Shown: positions 37,261-47,739, numbered from the stretch's first letter. The stretch is 64,000 bases of DNA from Candidatus Vogelbacteria bacterium RIFOXYB1_FULL_42_16 (GCA_001823055.1 MHTH01000005.1:34667-98666), one strand, 5' to 3'. Numbers and translations are program-made. Notes: a model not told the origin generated them from the sequence alone.

Positions 37261-38169
37261 ATGATTAGCGATAAGTGCAATTTATGCAGTAACAATATTT
37301 TTTCTTCTTATTTAAACAGCGATAAAATGTTGCGTTGCGATTCTTGCCAAGTTATTTTTTTAGCGCCGGAACAAATTCCTCATGATCTGAATAATTATTA
37401 TCAGAATAACGTCTTTTATGCTGAAAATGCTTCTAAACCAGATTTGGTTAGGGGAATGGTCAGAGCGGCGAATTTCTATCTTAAAATTATCGCAAAACAG
37501 ATAAAAAATCCTGCCGGCAAACTGTTAGTTGATGTGGGGTCAAATTATGGTATTTTGATGGAAGAAGCCGAACGCGTGGGCTTTCAAACTATTGGTTTGG
37601 AAAAAAATAACATTCTAGTCAAAAAGGGACGTCGACGTGGTCTCAATATCTCAACCGATAATCTAACCGAACTTAAAACTCTGCGACCGATTGACATTAT
37701 CACGGCGATGCATGTTTTAGAGCACCTACCAGATCCTCGCTCCTTTATCAAAGATGCTTACAAAAAATTGGCCATTGGTGGTATCTTGGTTATAGGAGTG
37801 CCGAATGTTGAAAGTCATTTGGCTAGAAAAGATGGTTTGTCTTGGCGGTATATGGCCATAGAACACCTGTTTTATTTTTCTGAGAAAACATTGCGCTCAT
37901 TGCTTGAGGCCGAAGGATTTGAAATCATCGAAATAAGGAAGGACGGCTCCAATTTAGAAGAACAGGGGATTAAGAAACTTCTTCGTTATCTTGTTGGCCA
38001 ACCAATTTTAAGAGACAGATTTCAGGTAAAAAGTCACGAAGGCCGGCAACCATTATTGGTCAGCCAGACCAATTGGCTAAAAAATATTTTTAAAAGGTTG
38101 ATTATTATAATAATTAAGGTTTTACAGCGAGAAGATTTCATTTTAATAACTAGCAGAAAAAAAGACTAA
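37261..38169 (+). CDS. SAM-dependent methyltransferase with N-terminal Cys4 zinc-ribbon
   Basis: CNLCSNN...CDSCQ zinc-ribbon followed by a class I MT fold (VDVGSNYG). Confidence 0.55.
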   Translation: MISDKCNLCSNNIFSSYLNSDKMLRCDSCQVIFLAPEQIPHDLNNYYQNNVFYAENASKPDLVRGMVRAANFYLKIIAKQIKNPAGKLLVDVGSNYGILMEEAERVGFQTIGLEKNNILVKKGRRRGLNISTDNLTELKTLRPIDIITAMHVLEHLPDPRSFIKDAYKKLAIGGILVIGVPNVESHLARKDGLSWRYMAIEHLFYFSEKTLRSLLEAEGFEIIEIRKDGSNLEEQGIKKLLRYLVGQPILRDRFQVKSHEGRQPLLVSQTNWLKNIFKRLIIIIIKVLQREDFILITSRKKD

Positions 38170-38170
38170 G

Positions 38171-39808
38171 ATGATAAAAGATAAAACTCTTGATATTACG
38201 GCCATCATTCCCGCTGCCGGTCGGCCAACCAACAAGATAATTTTTAATAGTAATCTGCCAGATGCGATGATCCCGATCAATGGCAAGCCGGTGATTGGTT
38301 ATATTATAGAGGATTTAATGGCCAGACAGATCAAAAATATTGTCGTGGTCTTGAACGGCCAAGATCACAATACCGAGAGTTATATTTCCAAGAAATATGG
38401 CGAGCGCTGTTGGATCAAAACTGTTTATGATCAAAGTGCCGGACGCGGTTTGGGTTATGCGATGTATTTGGCCTCAAAATATGTTAACAATGAACATCTT
38501 CTGGTTTATTTGGGCGATACTATTTATAAGGGTCCATTGAATTTTAAGCGAAGTTTTTTAGTAACTACAAAAAAATATGATGATTGTAGTAAGTGGTGCT
38601 TTGTGGAAAAAAAAGGACAAAGGTTGTCTTTTGTCAACAAGCCTCAATCGTATGATGGTTCCGGTCGAGTGATCTGTGGTTTATATTATTTTCATCAATC
38701 AGATTTGTTTAAAAGGGTAATTACTGAAGAAGAAAAAAAAGGGCAAAAAATGGAGATGCACGAACTGCTCTTTTTTTATTCTCAACACGACGCTTTTTCT
38801 CTTGTTCAAGAAAATAAATGGTACGATTGTGGCAACATTGAAAACTACTATCAAGCTAAAATAGATTTTTTGCGCTTAAGAGGTTTTAATTCGATCAAAT
38901 ATGACAGCCTCTACGGAATTATTACGAAAACTGGCATTCGACAAGAAAAGATAAAAAAAGAAATAGCTTGGTACTGTCAGTTGCCAGATAAGTTAAAGAT
39001 TTTCACTCCACGCTTGATTGACTATCAATTTGATAAAAATAAAGCCCAATACTCATTGGAGTTCTATGGCTATCAATCGTTAGACGATATCTTTATTTTT
39101 GGCTATTTGGATGAAAAAATCTGGCAGATTATTATTGATCATTTGCTCGATATTGTTGACTTATTTAAAAAATTTAAAGTAATCGTGCCCATGGCGGATT
39201 ACCAGATAATGTACGGCGATAAAATATTTGCCAGATTGTCAGAATTAAGACAAGATCCTCAGTGGAAAAAATTATTAGCTTGCCCTGAAGTGTTAATCAA
39301 CGGAAAAATTTATAGAAATGTTGATTATTTTTTACCACAAATAAAAAACATTGCCAAAAAACTTTATACCAGAAAAGAAATGGGAGTTGTCCACGGCGAT
39401 TTATGTCTTAATAATATTTTATTTGATCCCGGTAATCGTCTCTTCAAATTGATTGATCCTCGAGGGAATTTTGGTTCAAAAACTTTATTTGGTGACATTA
39501 AGTATGATTTAGCCAAACTTCGTTTTAGTTTGGTCGGGCATTATGATTTTATTGTTTCTGATTTGTTTAAAATCAGTCTGGGAGACAAGGTCAATGAATT
39601 TAAATATAATAATTACAGCGATGAATATCATTTGCGTATTGGTCAAAAATTAGATAGTCTTTTAGTCAAGCGGGGTTATGATCTGAAAAAAATAAGGATT
39701 ATAGAGGCTCTATTGTTCTTGTCGGTTATCCCTCATCATTATGACTATCCTGATCGACAGAAAGCGATGTTTGTTACTGCTATTAAATTATTAAATGAAG
39801 TCTTTTAA
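38171..39808 (+). CDS. Bifunctional sugar-phosphate nucleotidyltransferase (N-term) / APH-ChoK-like sugar kinase (C-term)
   Basis: N-terminal AIIPAAGRPTNK...PINGKPVIGY NTP-transferase motif. C-terminal VVHGDLCLNNILFD...IDPRG phosphotransferase (Brenner) motif. Confidence 0.6.
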   Translation: MIKDKTLDITAIIPAAGRPTNKIIFNSNLPDAMIPINGKPVIGYIIEDLMARQIKNIVVVLNGQDHNTESYISKKYGERCWIKTVYDQSAGRGLGYAMYLASKYVNNEHLLVYLGDTIYKGPLNFKRSFLVTTKKYDDCSKWCFVEKKGQRLSFVNKPQSYDGSGRVICGLYYFHQSDLFKRVITEEEKKGQKMEMHELLFFYSQHDAFSLVQENKWYDCGNIENYYQAKIDFLRLRGFNSIKYDSLYGIITKTGIRQEKIKKEIAWYCQLPDKLKIFTPRLIDYQFDKNKAQYSLEFYGYQSLDDIFIFGYLDEKIWQIIIDHLLDIVDLFKKFKVIVPMADYQIMYGDKIFARLSELRQDPQWKKLLACPEVLINGKIYRNVDYFLPQIKNIAKKLYTRKEMGVVHGDLCLNNILFDPGNRLFKLIDPRGNFGSKTLFGDIKYDLAKLRFSLVGHYDFIVSDLFKISLGDKVNEFKYNNYSDEYHLRIGQKLDSLLVKRGYDLKKIRIIEALLFLSVIPHHYDYPDRQKAMFVTAIKLLNEVF

Positions 39809-40553
39809 AGATCAAAAAGTTAACATTCTTTTTCCTATTTCTGGTCAAGGTCAGCGTTTTATTGATGCTGGTTTTGATACCCCTAAACCTCTGATAAAAG
39901 TTTTGGACAAGTTAATGATCGAATGGGCGGTTAAATCGTGTAATTTTCTCGATAAACTAGACGATTACAATTTGATTTTTACTGTTCGTTTGGAACATAT
40001 TGAGAAGTATCAGATCGACAAAAAACTCAAAGACTTATTTGGTTCAGAGACTATTATTATTCCCATTGAAGTTGATAAATGGCCCAAAGGTCAAGCTGGT
40101 CACGCCTTGGCCGCTAAAAATTATATTGATAACGATCAGCCTCTCTTTATCTATAGTTGTGATACTTACTCCCAAACACCGATTGAGGAAATGATAGACG
40201 ATGAAAAACCCGATGGCGTCTTGTCTTGTTTTGAATCAAACGAAGAACGTCTCAGTTATGCCAAATTAGACAAAAACGGGTATGTCTGCGAGACCGCCGA
40301 AAAGAAACCCATTTCTAATCTGGCCTCGAATGGGCATTATTATTTTCGCCACGGCTCAGATTTTGTTTTGGCGACAGAAGAAGCAATAAAAAAACGACAA
40401 ACATTTAATGGTGAATATTATATTGCTCCAGTGTACAATTTTTTAATTGGCCTTGGGCGGAAAATAAAAGTCGTTATGGTGACTAAGAATTGGGAAATGG
40501 GCACGCCAGTTGATTTAGAATCATTTATCACGCATTATCCTTTGGACAAATAA
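39795..40553 (+). CDS. Nucleotidyltransferase-fold (GT-A-like / MobA-like NTP transferase) protein
   Basis: ILFPISGQGQRF...TPKPLIKV N-terminal motif. 14-nt overlap with the upstream gene. Confidence 0.5.
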   Translation: MKSFKDQKVNILFPISGQGQRFIDAGFDTPKPLIKVLDKLMIEWAVKSCNFLDKLDDYNLIFTVRLEHIEKYQIDKKLKDLFGSETIIIPIEVDKWPKGQAGHALAAKNYIDNDQPLFIYSCDTYSQTPIEEMIDDEKPDGVLSCFESNEERLSYAKLDKNGYVCETAEKKPISNLASNGHYYFRHGSDFVLATEEAIKKRQTFNGEYYIAPVYNFLIGLGRKIKVVMVTKNWEMGTPVDLESFITHYPLDK

Positions 40554-40562
40554 AAAACCGAT

Positions 40563-41546
40563 ATGCCAATTTTTTTAAAAAAACTTTATAATCGTTTGAT
40601 TGAAAAATATTTTGGTTCAGCTCGTCTTTTTAATTCGATTAGAGTTAGACAAGATAGTTTTATCACTATCACTCCTCGGCCAAAACTGGCCAAAAAATAT
40701 CATCGCCGATCCGATTTAATTGAATCGCTACCGTCCTTTGCTGTTGTCATCCAGGGCAAATCGGTCGAGGCCGATTCTTTTACTGTTGAGACCGTCAAGA
40801 TTTATCAGAAAAATTTTTCCAATTCAGTTATTATTGTGGCCACTCATGAGGGTGTAGATTCCCCGGAATGTCTGCAGACCTTGCGAGAATTGGGGGTTAG
40901 AGTTGTGGTGATTCCCAAACCTGATTCTCGCGGACCGTTCAATATCAATCTTCAGATTACCTCGACGGTCGCTGGGCTGAAGGAAGCTAAACGTCTCGGT
41001 TTTGATTATGCAATCAAAACTCGGACGGATGTCAGGCTATATGGAGTTAATATCCCTGAGTTTTTGCTGAATATTATCGCCAAATTTCCCTTGGTGGTTA
41101 AAACAAAACAGCAAGATAGAATTATTAGCACTAATATTTTTACTCTTAAGTACCGACCCTATTCTTTGTCTGATATGACCGTGGCCGGCCGAATCGACGA
41201 TCTCTTATTGTATTTCGACATTCCTTTGGACCAGAGATCGAAAATTGATCTGCCAGTCAATGCTTCGATCGAGGATTACGTTAGAGAAAGACCGGGGGAA
41301 ATATATTTGGAAACGGAATTTCTAAAAAAAATTGGCAGAAATTCTCTCGGAACTTTAGAAGATTCTTGGCAAGTTTTTGCTGACCATTTTTGTGTTATTG
41401 ATCAACAGAGTTTGGATAGTTATTGGTATAAAAATGATATTTATCAATGCCTGGAAAATAAATTTTTAATTTATGATCCAGAGTTTGGTCGTCAAGATTT
41501 AAATTTTCGCGAATGGTTCAACCTCTATCATCGTCTAGGCTCGTGA
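40563..41546 (+). CDS. Hypothetical protein (possibly WavE-like polysaccharide synthesis protein)
   Basis: ORF only. Weak recollection of WavE-family similarity. Confidence 0.3.
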   Translation: MPIFLKKLYNRLIEKYFGSARLFNSIRVRQDSFITITPRPKLAKKYHRRSDLIESLPSFAVVIQGKSVEADSFTVETVKIYQKNFSNSVIIVATHEGVDSPECLQTLRELGVRVVVIPKPDSRGPFNINLQITSTVAGLKEAKRLGFDYAIKTRTDVRLYGVNIPEFLLNIIAKFPLVVKTKQQDRIISTNIFTLKYRPYSLSDMTVAGRIDDLLLYFDIPLDQRSKIDLPVNASIEDYVRERPGEIYLETEFLKKIGRNSLGTLEDSWQVFADHFCVIDQQSLDSYWYKNDIYQCLENKFLIYDPEFGRQDLNFREWFNLYHRLGS

Positions 41547-41563
41547 TGTTGATAATAAATTAA

Positions 41564-42227
41564 ATGCGATCTGTCTTACCGTCCTTTATTTGCAAGTTTA
41601 AAGCAATCCTTTTTGATTTGGATGGAGTGGTTGTTGATTCTGATTTTTTGCACGAGGAAGCGAAGAAAGCCGCTCTGATCCATTATCATTTTGAAATAAC
41701 AAAGATTGATTGGGAAAAAATCAAACATCATGCCACCTCCCAGATTTATCAATGGTTAGGGGAGCATTATCCAGATATTAAATTTTCGGAAAAAGAGTTT
41801 ATGGGTTTTAAGAGTCAATATTTTCTAAAATTTGCCTCTAGTAAAATAAAATTAATGCCCGGGGCCTTGGTTTTTATCAAGTATCTTAAAAAACGGGGGG
41901 ATTAGATTAGCCTTAGTGACGGCGACCAGAAGAGAGTCGTTAGAAGTTTTTTTAAATAAATTTAACCTCCGATCGTATTTTGAAGTAATTATTGCGGAAG
42001 ATGACGTTAAAAAATTGAAACCTCATCCCGAGGCTTATTCAAAAGCGATAAAATTATTATCTCTGAAACCAAAAGATTGTCTAGTCATTGAGGATACAAA
42101 ATTGGGTGTTGAAAGTGGAAAATCAGCTGGTTGTCAGGTCATTGGTAAAATCGGAACGATTTCTAGTGACAGGTTAATCATGGCTGGTGTTGACGGCGTT
42201 TTTAATCATTTCCATGAGATTTGTTAA
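41564..42227 (+). pseudogene. HAD-superfamily hydrolase (beta-phosphoglucomutase-like) split by a -1 frameshift in an A6G6 homopolymer
   Basis: ORF 41564..41905 carries the HAD motif I ILFDLDGVVVDS. ORF 41916..42227 carries motifs III/IV (KPHPEAY, VIEDTKLGVESGKSAGC). Reading through AAAAAACGGGGGG with one extra G restores ...YLKKRGGIRLALVTATRR... Confidence 0.6.
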
Positions 42228-42245
42228 ATTGAGATGGTCGATTTT

Positions 42246-43517
42246 TTAATCTCTCATTCTTTTGAAGTAATAAAAAGACACCGTCGTCGTTAAAACATTA
42301 GACACCAAAATGGCAGCGATTGCTCCGGCTAAACCGAAATAATAAAGCAGGATTAGTTTTGGCAGAATATCTATGGTCGGATTTATAATTGACATTTGGT
42401 ATTGGATCTTTTTGGAAAAGTAAATCGGCATCGGAATAGCGATAAATTTTTTGCCGAAGGTTAGCAGGACTAAGGCGTAAAATTGGGAATAGATTATTGC
42501 TTCAGCATATTGAGGAAAAAATATTTTATAAAAAAAGGGGATAAGGACGATATAAGCAATCGTCGGGATAATCATTAAAGAGAATATTTGCCAGAATTTT
42601 TTTGGTAATTCCTTCTTGTTTTCTTCTTTTGTTTTGGCCAATATTTTAGGAGCGTAGATCGGACCAGCTAGTTTTAATAGACCAAGGATTTGGTTGACTG
42701 GTGCTTGGGCAAAAGAATAAATAGCGAGAGGTGCTCCACCCAAAAAATGAAAAATCAAGATCTTGTCTATATTTTGAGCAATGATAGTAAAAGCATTCAT
42801 GACGCTAAAATGTTTCCCCATCGCTAGGGAACCTTCCTCGAATTTTTCATTTGGCTGGTACTTTTTGATGGTGTAAAAATAATAAAAAGCGGAAGTAAGA
42901 AAACTTGTCACCAGATAACCGATAACAATCAATAATGGATTTTGAGTATAAATGATGATAAAAAAGGTAGCGACTGAAGAAACGATGCCACTAATTGTGT
43001 TAGATAAACTGATCAGTCGAAAATCTTTCTTACCGTTTAAAAAAGAACCATAAACATTGTAGCTAGTAGTTAAAGGAGTGATTAGGGCGATTAAGGCAAA
43101 AGCTGTCGCTAAAGTCGGGTTAGAACTAAAATAATAATATGTCGCTACACTGGAAGAAACCAGCAAATAGGGAATATTCCATTTTAGACTATAATCAAAA
43201 GCTTTTTTCAGGACGCCATCATTGCCTTTGGTCACTGCCCGAATAATTAAAATATTTAAATCAGAAAAGGCAAAAGCACCCAATAGGCCGTAAATAGAAA
43301 AAATATATTTATAAATACCATAGCTTTCTTTATCTAAAAAATTAGCAAAAACCAGAGTTAAGACAAAGCCTAATCCGGCTGAAAAAATGAAAGTTAACCC
43401 AGACCAGAAACCGCCTCTAGCCAAGTAAACCATATCGGTCTTGAGATATCCCTCGCTAATTTTAAGCCAAGAACGGATTGTCACTTTTAGCCTGTTCATA
43501 TTATTATAGATTAGCAT
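42246..43517 (-). CDS. Polysaccharide biosynthesis protein / Wzx-like flippase (MOP superfamily)
   Basis: 423 aa with ~12-14 hydrophobic helices. Typical oligosaccharide-flippase architecture in a glycan locus. Confidence 0.7.
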   Translation of the reverse strand: MLIYNNMNRLKVTIRSWLKISEGYLKTDMVYLARGGFWSGLTFIFSAGLGFVLTLVFANFLDKESYGIYKYIFSIYGLLGAFAFSDLNILIIRAVTKGNDGVLKKAFDYSLKWNIPYLLVSSSVATYYYFSSNPTLATAFALIALITPLTTSYNVYGSFLNGKKDFRLISLSNTISGIVSSVATFFIIIYTQNPLLIVIGYLVTSFLTSAFYYFYTIKKYQPNEKFEEGSLAMGKHFSVMNAFTIIAQNIDKILIFHFLGGAPLAIYSFAQAPVNQILGLLKLAGPIYAPKILAKTKEENKKELPKKFWQIFSLMIIPTIAYIVLIPFFYKIFFPQYAEAIIYSQFYALVLLTFGKKFIAIPMPIYFSKKIQYQMSIINPTIDILPKLILLYYFGLAGAIAAILVSNVLTTTVSFYYFKRMRD

Positions 43518-43573
43518 ATTTTGACTCCTTTTCTAGTCTTTTGGGTTAGTTTTGTGCTATATTTGATCACAAG

Positions 43574-43990
43574 ATGAATCAAAATTTTTGGCTAATCAGC
43601 CAAAGTTATATTAAAAAATACGACAAGGTCTTGAAGTTTTTAATCGGTGGAATTTTCATTACTATTTTACAGGTTGTTTTGTTGTACCTTTTTACTCATA
43701 CTTTTAAAGCCTGGTACCTATTTTCCGCTCAACTTTCTTTTACTATCGCTTTCTTGGTTAGTTTCGTTATTTATCGTGATTGGGTTTTTCCGGGTGGTGA
43801 AAAAGCTTCTCATCATCAATTTGTTTTGTATACAATCTTAACGATCATAAGTTTTTTTGTTAATGGCCTGGGGATGTTTGTTTTTGTCGATTGGTTGGGG
43901 ATTTGGTATGTTTATTCGCAAATAATTGTTAAGGCACTGATGTCTATTGCCAATTATTTTCTCTATAATATTATTATTTTTAATAAATAA
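43574..43990 (+). CDS. GtrA-family membrane protein
   Basis: 138 aa with 4 TM helices, and the LIGGIF...LQ motif of GtrA-like proteins. Confidence 0.6.
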   Translation: MNQNFWLISQSYIKKYDKVLKFLIGGIFITILQVVLLYLFTHTFKAWYLFSAQLSFTIAFLVSFVIYRDWVFPGGEKASHHQFVLYTILTIISFFVNGLGMFVFVDWLGIWYVYSQIIVKALMSIANYFLYNIIIFNK

Positions 43991-43998
43991 TATTAATT

Positions 43999-45798
43999 GT
44001 GTTTTTTAAAAATATTGTGGATTTGATAAAGAAAAATAAATATCTTTTCCTTGCCGTAATTTTTGTTTTGTTTTTTTCCATTTTGCCCCACCTTTATTCT
44101 GTCTATTTGGCCGGATCTTCCTGGCAAGGTATTTTGCCGGAATATACTAACGACGGCTTATATTATTATGCCAGAATGAGTGATGTTGGTCAGGGAAATT
44201 TTTTTCTTGGCAATCCTTATTTTTTGGAGCATCGAGGAGAATATGCCCCCGCCTTTTTTGTGGCTGATTGGCTCGCTAGCTGGCCATTATTATTAGGTCT
44301 GTCTTTAAGCTGGACGGTTTTTATCAATTATTTGATTTGGCCGTTGTTTCTTTTTTTCGCTCTTCTTTTTTTGTTTGAAGAACTTGGTTTGTCTCGTCTA
44401 ATATCAATCGGCGGATCGTTGGTTGGATATTTAAGCGTCCATGAACTGATGAGCCGGCCAGTGATTATGCAGGTGATCTTTCCTTTTTTTATTCTTTTTT
44501 TAATGGTTCTTCTTCGTTATTTTAAAAATCCTAAACAAAAAAAACTTATTGTTCCGTTCGTTTTAGTTTATGCCTTTTCTTTTTATCTTTATTCCTACTT
44601 ATGGCAAATCAGTGTTTTGTCGATCTTTTTCTTATTGATATGGCTGGTTCTTGAAAAAAAATGGTCTGATTTCAGATCGTTGGTTCTGATCAATTTTTTA
44701 ACCTTTATTTTTGTCTGGCCGGTTATTATCTACACCTATTGGCAAATAACCAGTCCTTATTTCTTAGAAACAATGTCTAGATTAGGTTTAGTCAAAACAC
44801 ATTTACCAACTTCGCTCGCTATTCTTGATTGTTTGCTTGTTGTTGTTAGTGAACTTTTACTGTTTTTGACTCTTTATTGGTGCCGGTCAGACGATAAAAA
44901 TTCGGCCAAAACCATTGTGCCATTTTTTATTGTTTCCGGGCTCGCCTTGACCGGGGCTGATTTAAGTAATCTTATCACCGGTCAAGAAATGGAGATTGCC
45001 AATCATATCGGAAGATTTATTACCATCTGGTTGGTTATTATTTTGGTTTATCTGGGCATCTTTTTAAAAAATAACTATACCGATCTTTTTAAATTGCCGA
45101 AAGTCAAAAAGATTTTTATTTTTTCTTTACTGGGGGTGATAATTATTATGCTTATTTCGCCCATAAAAAATTTTCTACCGTCTTTGATTAATCGCGTTAC
45201 TGATCAAAATAGAGCTGAAATAAAAGAACTTCAGAACATTGCTGGACCCTTGGTTTGGTTGAAAGAAAATACCAAGTCAAATAGCGTTGTCTGGATCAAT
45301 AAAAAAACCAGTCATTACGTTCCCATCTATGCTCATCGCCACGTTCTTTTTTCTTCTGGTGGTGGATTGCATCTGATGCCTTCAGCTGAGCTGGAGGAGA
45401 GATATCTCGTGGCTAATTATTTTAGAAATTTAACTTTGGCCGATATTAAAAAAGATTTTCGATCCTATGCTGGAGTGGGTAATGCTATTCATCAATATCA
45501 AAGTCATAACCGTCAAGTAAAATTGTGTCGTTTTTTAAAACTGGAAAGACTTAATTATTCTTGTGGCCAAATGATGGATAGTTTGACTTGGCGAGGAGAA
45601 AAATATTTTTTTGATCTTTATCAAAAATACCTGAATGATATTAAACCGAATATTGATGAGAAATTAGCCAAGTATCATGTAAATTATATTTTAGTTGATC
45701 ATCGAGAAGATCAACTAAAGTTGCCGGTGAGCAACATCGCCAACGCTAAATTAGTCTACAAAGACCAACGTTTTGAAATCTATCAGATTGGTTGTTAA
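43999..45798 (+). CDS. Polytopic membrane protein with C-terminal soluble domain (possible GT-C-like glycosyltransferase)
   Basis: More than 10 TM helices in the first ~400 aa. Context only. Confidence 0.35.
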   Translation: MFFKNIVDLIKKNKYLFLAVIFVLFFSILPHLYSVYLAGSSWQGILPEYTNDGLYYYARMSDVGQGNFFLGNPYFLEHRGEYAPAFFVADWLASWPLLLGLSLSWTVFINYLIWPLFLFFALLFLFEELGLSRLISIGGSLVGYLSVHELMSRPVIMQVIFPFFILFLMVLLRYFKNPKQKKLIVPFVLVYAFSFYLYSYLWQISVLSIFFLLIWLVLEKKWSDFRSLVLINFLTFIFVWPVIIYTYWQITSPYFLETMSRLGLVKTHLPTSLAILDCLLVVVSELLLFLTLYWCRSDDKNSAKTIVPFFIVSGLALTGADLSNLITGQEMEIANHIGRFITIWLVIILVYLGIFLKNNYTDLFKLPKVKKIFIFSLLGVIIIMLISPIKNFLPSLINRVTDQNRAEIKELQNIAGPLVWLKENTKSNSVVWINKKTSHYVPIYAHRHVLFSSGGGLHLMPSAELEERYLVANYFRNLTLADIKKDFRSYAGVGNAIHQYQSHNRQVKLCRFLKLERLNYSCGQMMDSLTWRGEKYFFDLYQKYLNDIKPNIDEKLAKYHVNYILVDHREDQLKLPVSNIANAKLVYKDQRFEIYQIGC

Positions 45799-45891
45799 CG
45801 GTTTTTGACATTATTGATAAACTTCTCATCTTGTGGTAGCAATAGAAGTGGAAAATGCAATCTTGTCAATAAACAAAAGGAGGAAAGAACA

Positions 45892-46734
45892 ATGGATGTT
45901 TTGGCGAATTTTTCCCTATGTGGAAAAGTGGCAGTCTTGACTGGAGCGGCGGGTTTTTTTGGCCGTTATTTTGCTACGGCGTTGTTGGAAGCTGGAGTAG
46001 AAATGGTCTATTTGCTGGACAAAAACCTAGATGGCTTGATTGAATTGTTCAAGGTTTTGTCTGACGAAAAGAGGCCTCGACCGCTTAATTTCCAAACAAT
46101 ACAGGTTGATCAATCAAACGAACAGACCACTTCTCGGGTTTTTGAACAAATCTTGGCGGCCGGTTCGGTTGACATTCTGGTCAACAACTCATTTCAGTTT
46201 GGTCCATTGACCGGTTTCAATGACCCAACTGGCCGAGTCGAGATGGCGAGCAAGGGCCAAGTGATGGCGTCTTTTGAATCGGGTGCTTGGTGGCCATTTC
46301 GGGCCACCCAGTTGGTGGCATCTGCCATGAAAAATAAAGGGTCTGGATCCGTGGTCAACATTGCTTCGATGTATGGCTTGGTGGCGCCCAATCCTGATCT
46401 GTATGAGGGTCGGGATTACTTTAACCCGATTGGTTACAGTCTGGCTAAAGCCGCTTTAATAGCGCAGACGCGTTACTTGGCGGCCTGGCTTGGTCCGGAA
46501 GTCAGAGTCAACGCTCTGGCTCCTGGGGCTATCCCCAACAATGAAAGTCGATCGGAGAACTCTGAACAAAACAAGGATGAAGAATTTGTTCAGCGATTGG
46601 TTGCTCGGACTTTGCTTAAGCGAGTTGGCCACCCGCTCGATTTGGTTGGGCCACTAATCTTTCTTTGTAGTGATGCTTCTCGTTACATGACTGGTCAAAC
46701 TGTCGTTGTTGATGGCGGTTGGACTACAACTTAG
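45892..46734 (+). CDS. Short-chain dehydrogenase/reductase (SDR) family oxidoreductase
   Basis: TGAAGFFG Rossmann motif and the YSLAK catalytic Y-x3-K. GC-rich. Strong RBS AAAGGAGGAAAG before the ATG at 45892 (track start 45805 unlikely). Confidence 0.75.
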   Translation: MDVLANFSLCGKVAVLTGAAGFFGRYFATALLEAGVEMVYLLDKNLDGLIELFKVLSDEKRPRPLNFQTIQVDQSNEQTTSRVFEQILAAGSVDILVNNSFQFGPLTGFNDPTGRVEMASKGQVMASFESGAWWPFRATQLVASAMKNKGSGSVVNIASMYGLVAPNPDLYEGRDYFNPIGYSLAKAALIAQTRYLAAWLGPEVRVNALAPGAIPNNESRSENSEQNKDEEFVQRLVARTLLKRVGHPLDLVGPLIFLCSDASRYMTGQTVVVDGGWTTT

Positions 46735-46755
46735 AACAGAAAGGAGGTGTTTGTA

Positions 46756-47723
46756 TGGTTACAATCAATGGTCGGCGGGTCGGACAAGGTTATCCGGTTT
46801 TCTTCATTGCCGAAATTGGAATCAATCATAACGGGAGTTTGCCAATGGCTCTCGAGATGGTTGAAAAGGCTGTTTCGATTGGCGTCGAAGCGGTTAAGTT
46901 TCAGAAACGCGATATCGCTACCGTTTTTTCTCCAGCTGAACTCGATAAGGAGCGCGATTTCGATCGCAGTATCATCGACAACGCTAGGGAGAGGACGATG
47001 GTTGAAGGAAAACCGCGTTTTGTTTTGCCGGAGAAAAATTGGCAACGGCTAGACGCGGGGGGACCAACAACCAATGGCGATCTGAAGTATGCTTTGGAGT
47101 TCACCGAGAAAGACTACGATCTTATCAATCGTCAGTGCCTGAAACTCGGTGTTTCATGGTCAGCTTCGGCCTGGGATGGTCTGTCGGCGCATTTTATCAA
47201 CGGTTTTGAAGATGTAGCCTGGCTCAAAGTGGCCTCGGCTTGTTTGACTAACCGCGACTTGCTTTTGCGAGTCAAGGCCAAAGGCAAGCCGATCTTCATG
47301 TCGACCGGTGGTAGCACTTTGGAACAAGTCGGTCGAGCGGTAGAAGTTCTTGGCCCTGACAATCTGGTTCTGCTTCATTGCGTGTCGGAATATCCGCCAC
47401 GTGACGAAGATAGCAACTTGATGGTGATGGAAACGCTCAAACGAATCTATCCCCAGGTGCCGATTGGTTACTCTAGCCACTCGCGAGACATCTTTCCTCC
47501 TCTGGTTGCCACGATGCTGGGAGCTTGCGCGGTAGAGGTCCATCTGACCTTGGATCGCAATTTGCCCGGCTCGGATCATCAGGCTAGTCTGGAGCCATCG
47601 GAGTTGGCTGAACTGGTTCGGCAAGTCCGACGATTCGAGACCTTGCGAGGCGATGGTGTCAAACGTGTTTTGCCTGGTGAGTGTGCAACGATGGCCAAGT
47701 TGCGTCGAGTCGACGATCTGTGA
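46756..47723 (+). CDS. neuB: NeuB-family nonulosonic acid (sialic/legionaminic/Kdn-type) synthase
   Basis: FIAEIGINHNGSLPMALEMV...AVKFQK is the NeuB TIM-barrel signature. RBS AAAGGAGGTG. Appears to lack the C-terminal antifreeze-like (SAF) domain. Confidence 0.75.
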
Positions 47724-47739
47724 TCTTTTGGTTACATGG

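Noticed and set aside
42228-42245. Short inverted repeat GAGAT...ATCTC between the convergent HAD and flippase genes, as a terminator
   Set aside because: Only a 5-bp AT-rich stem with no T-tract, which is too weak to call.
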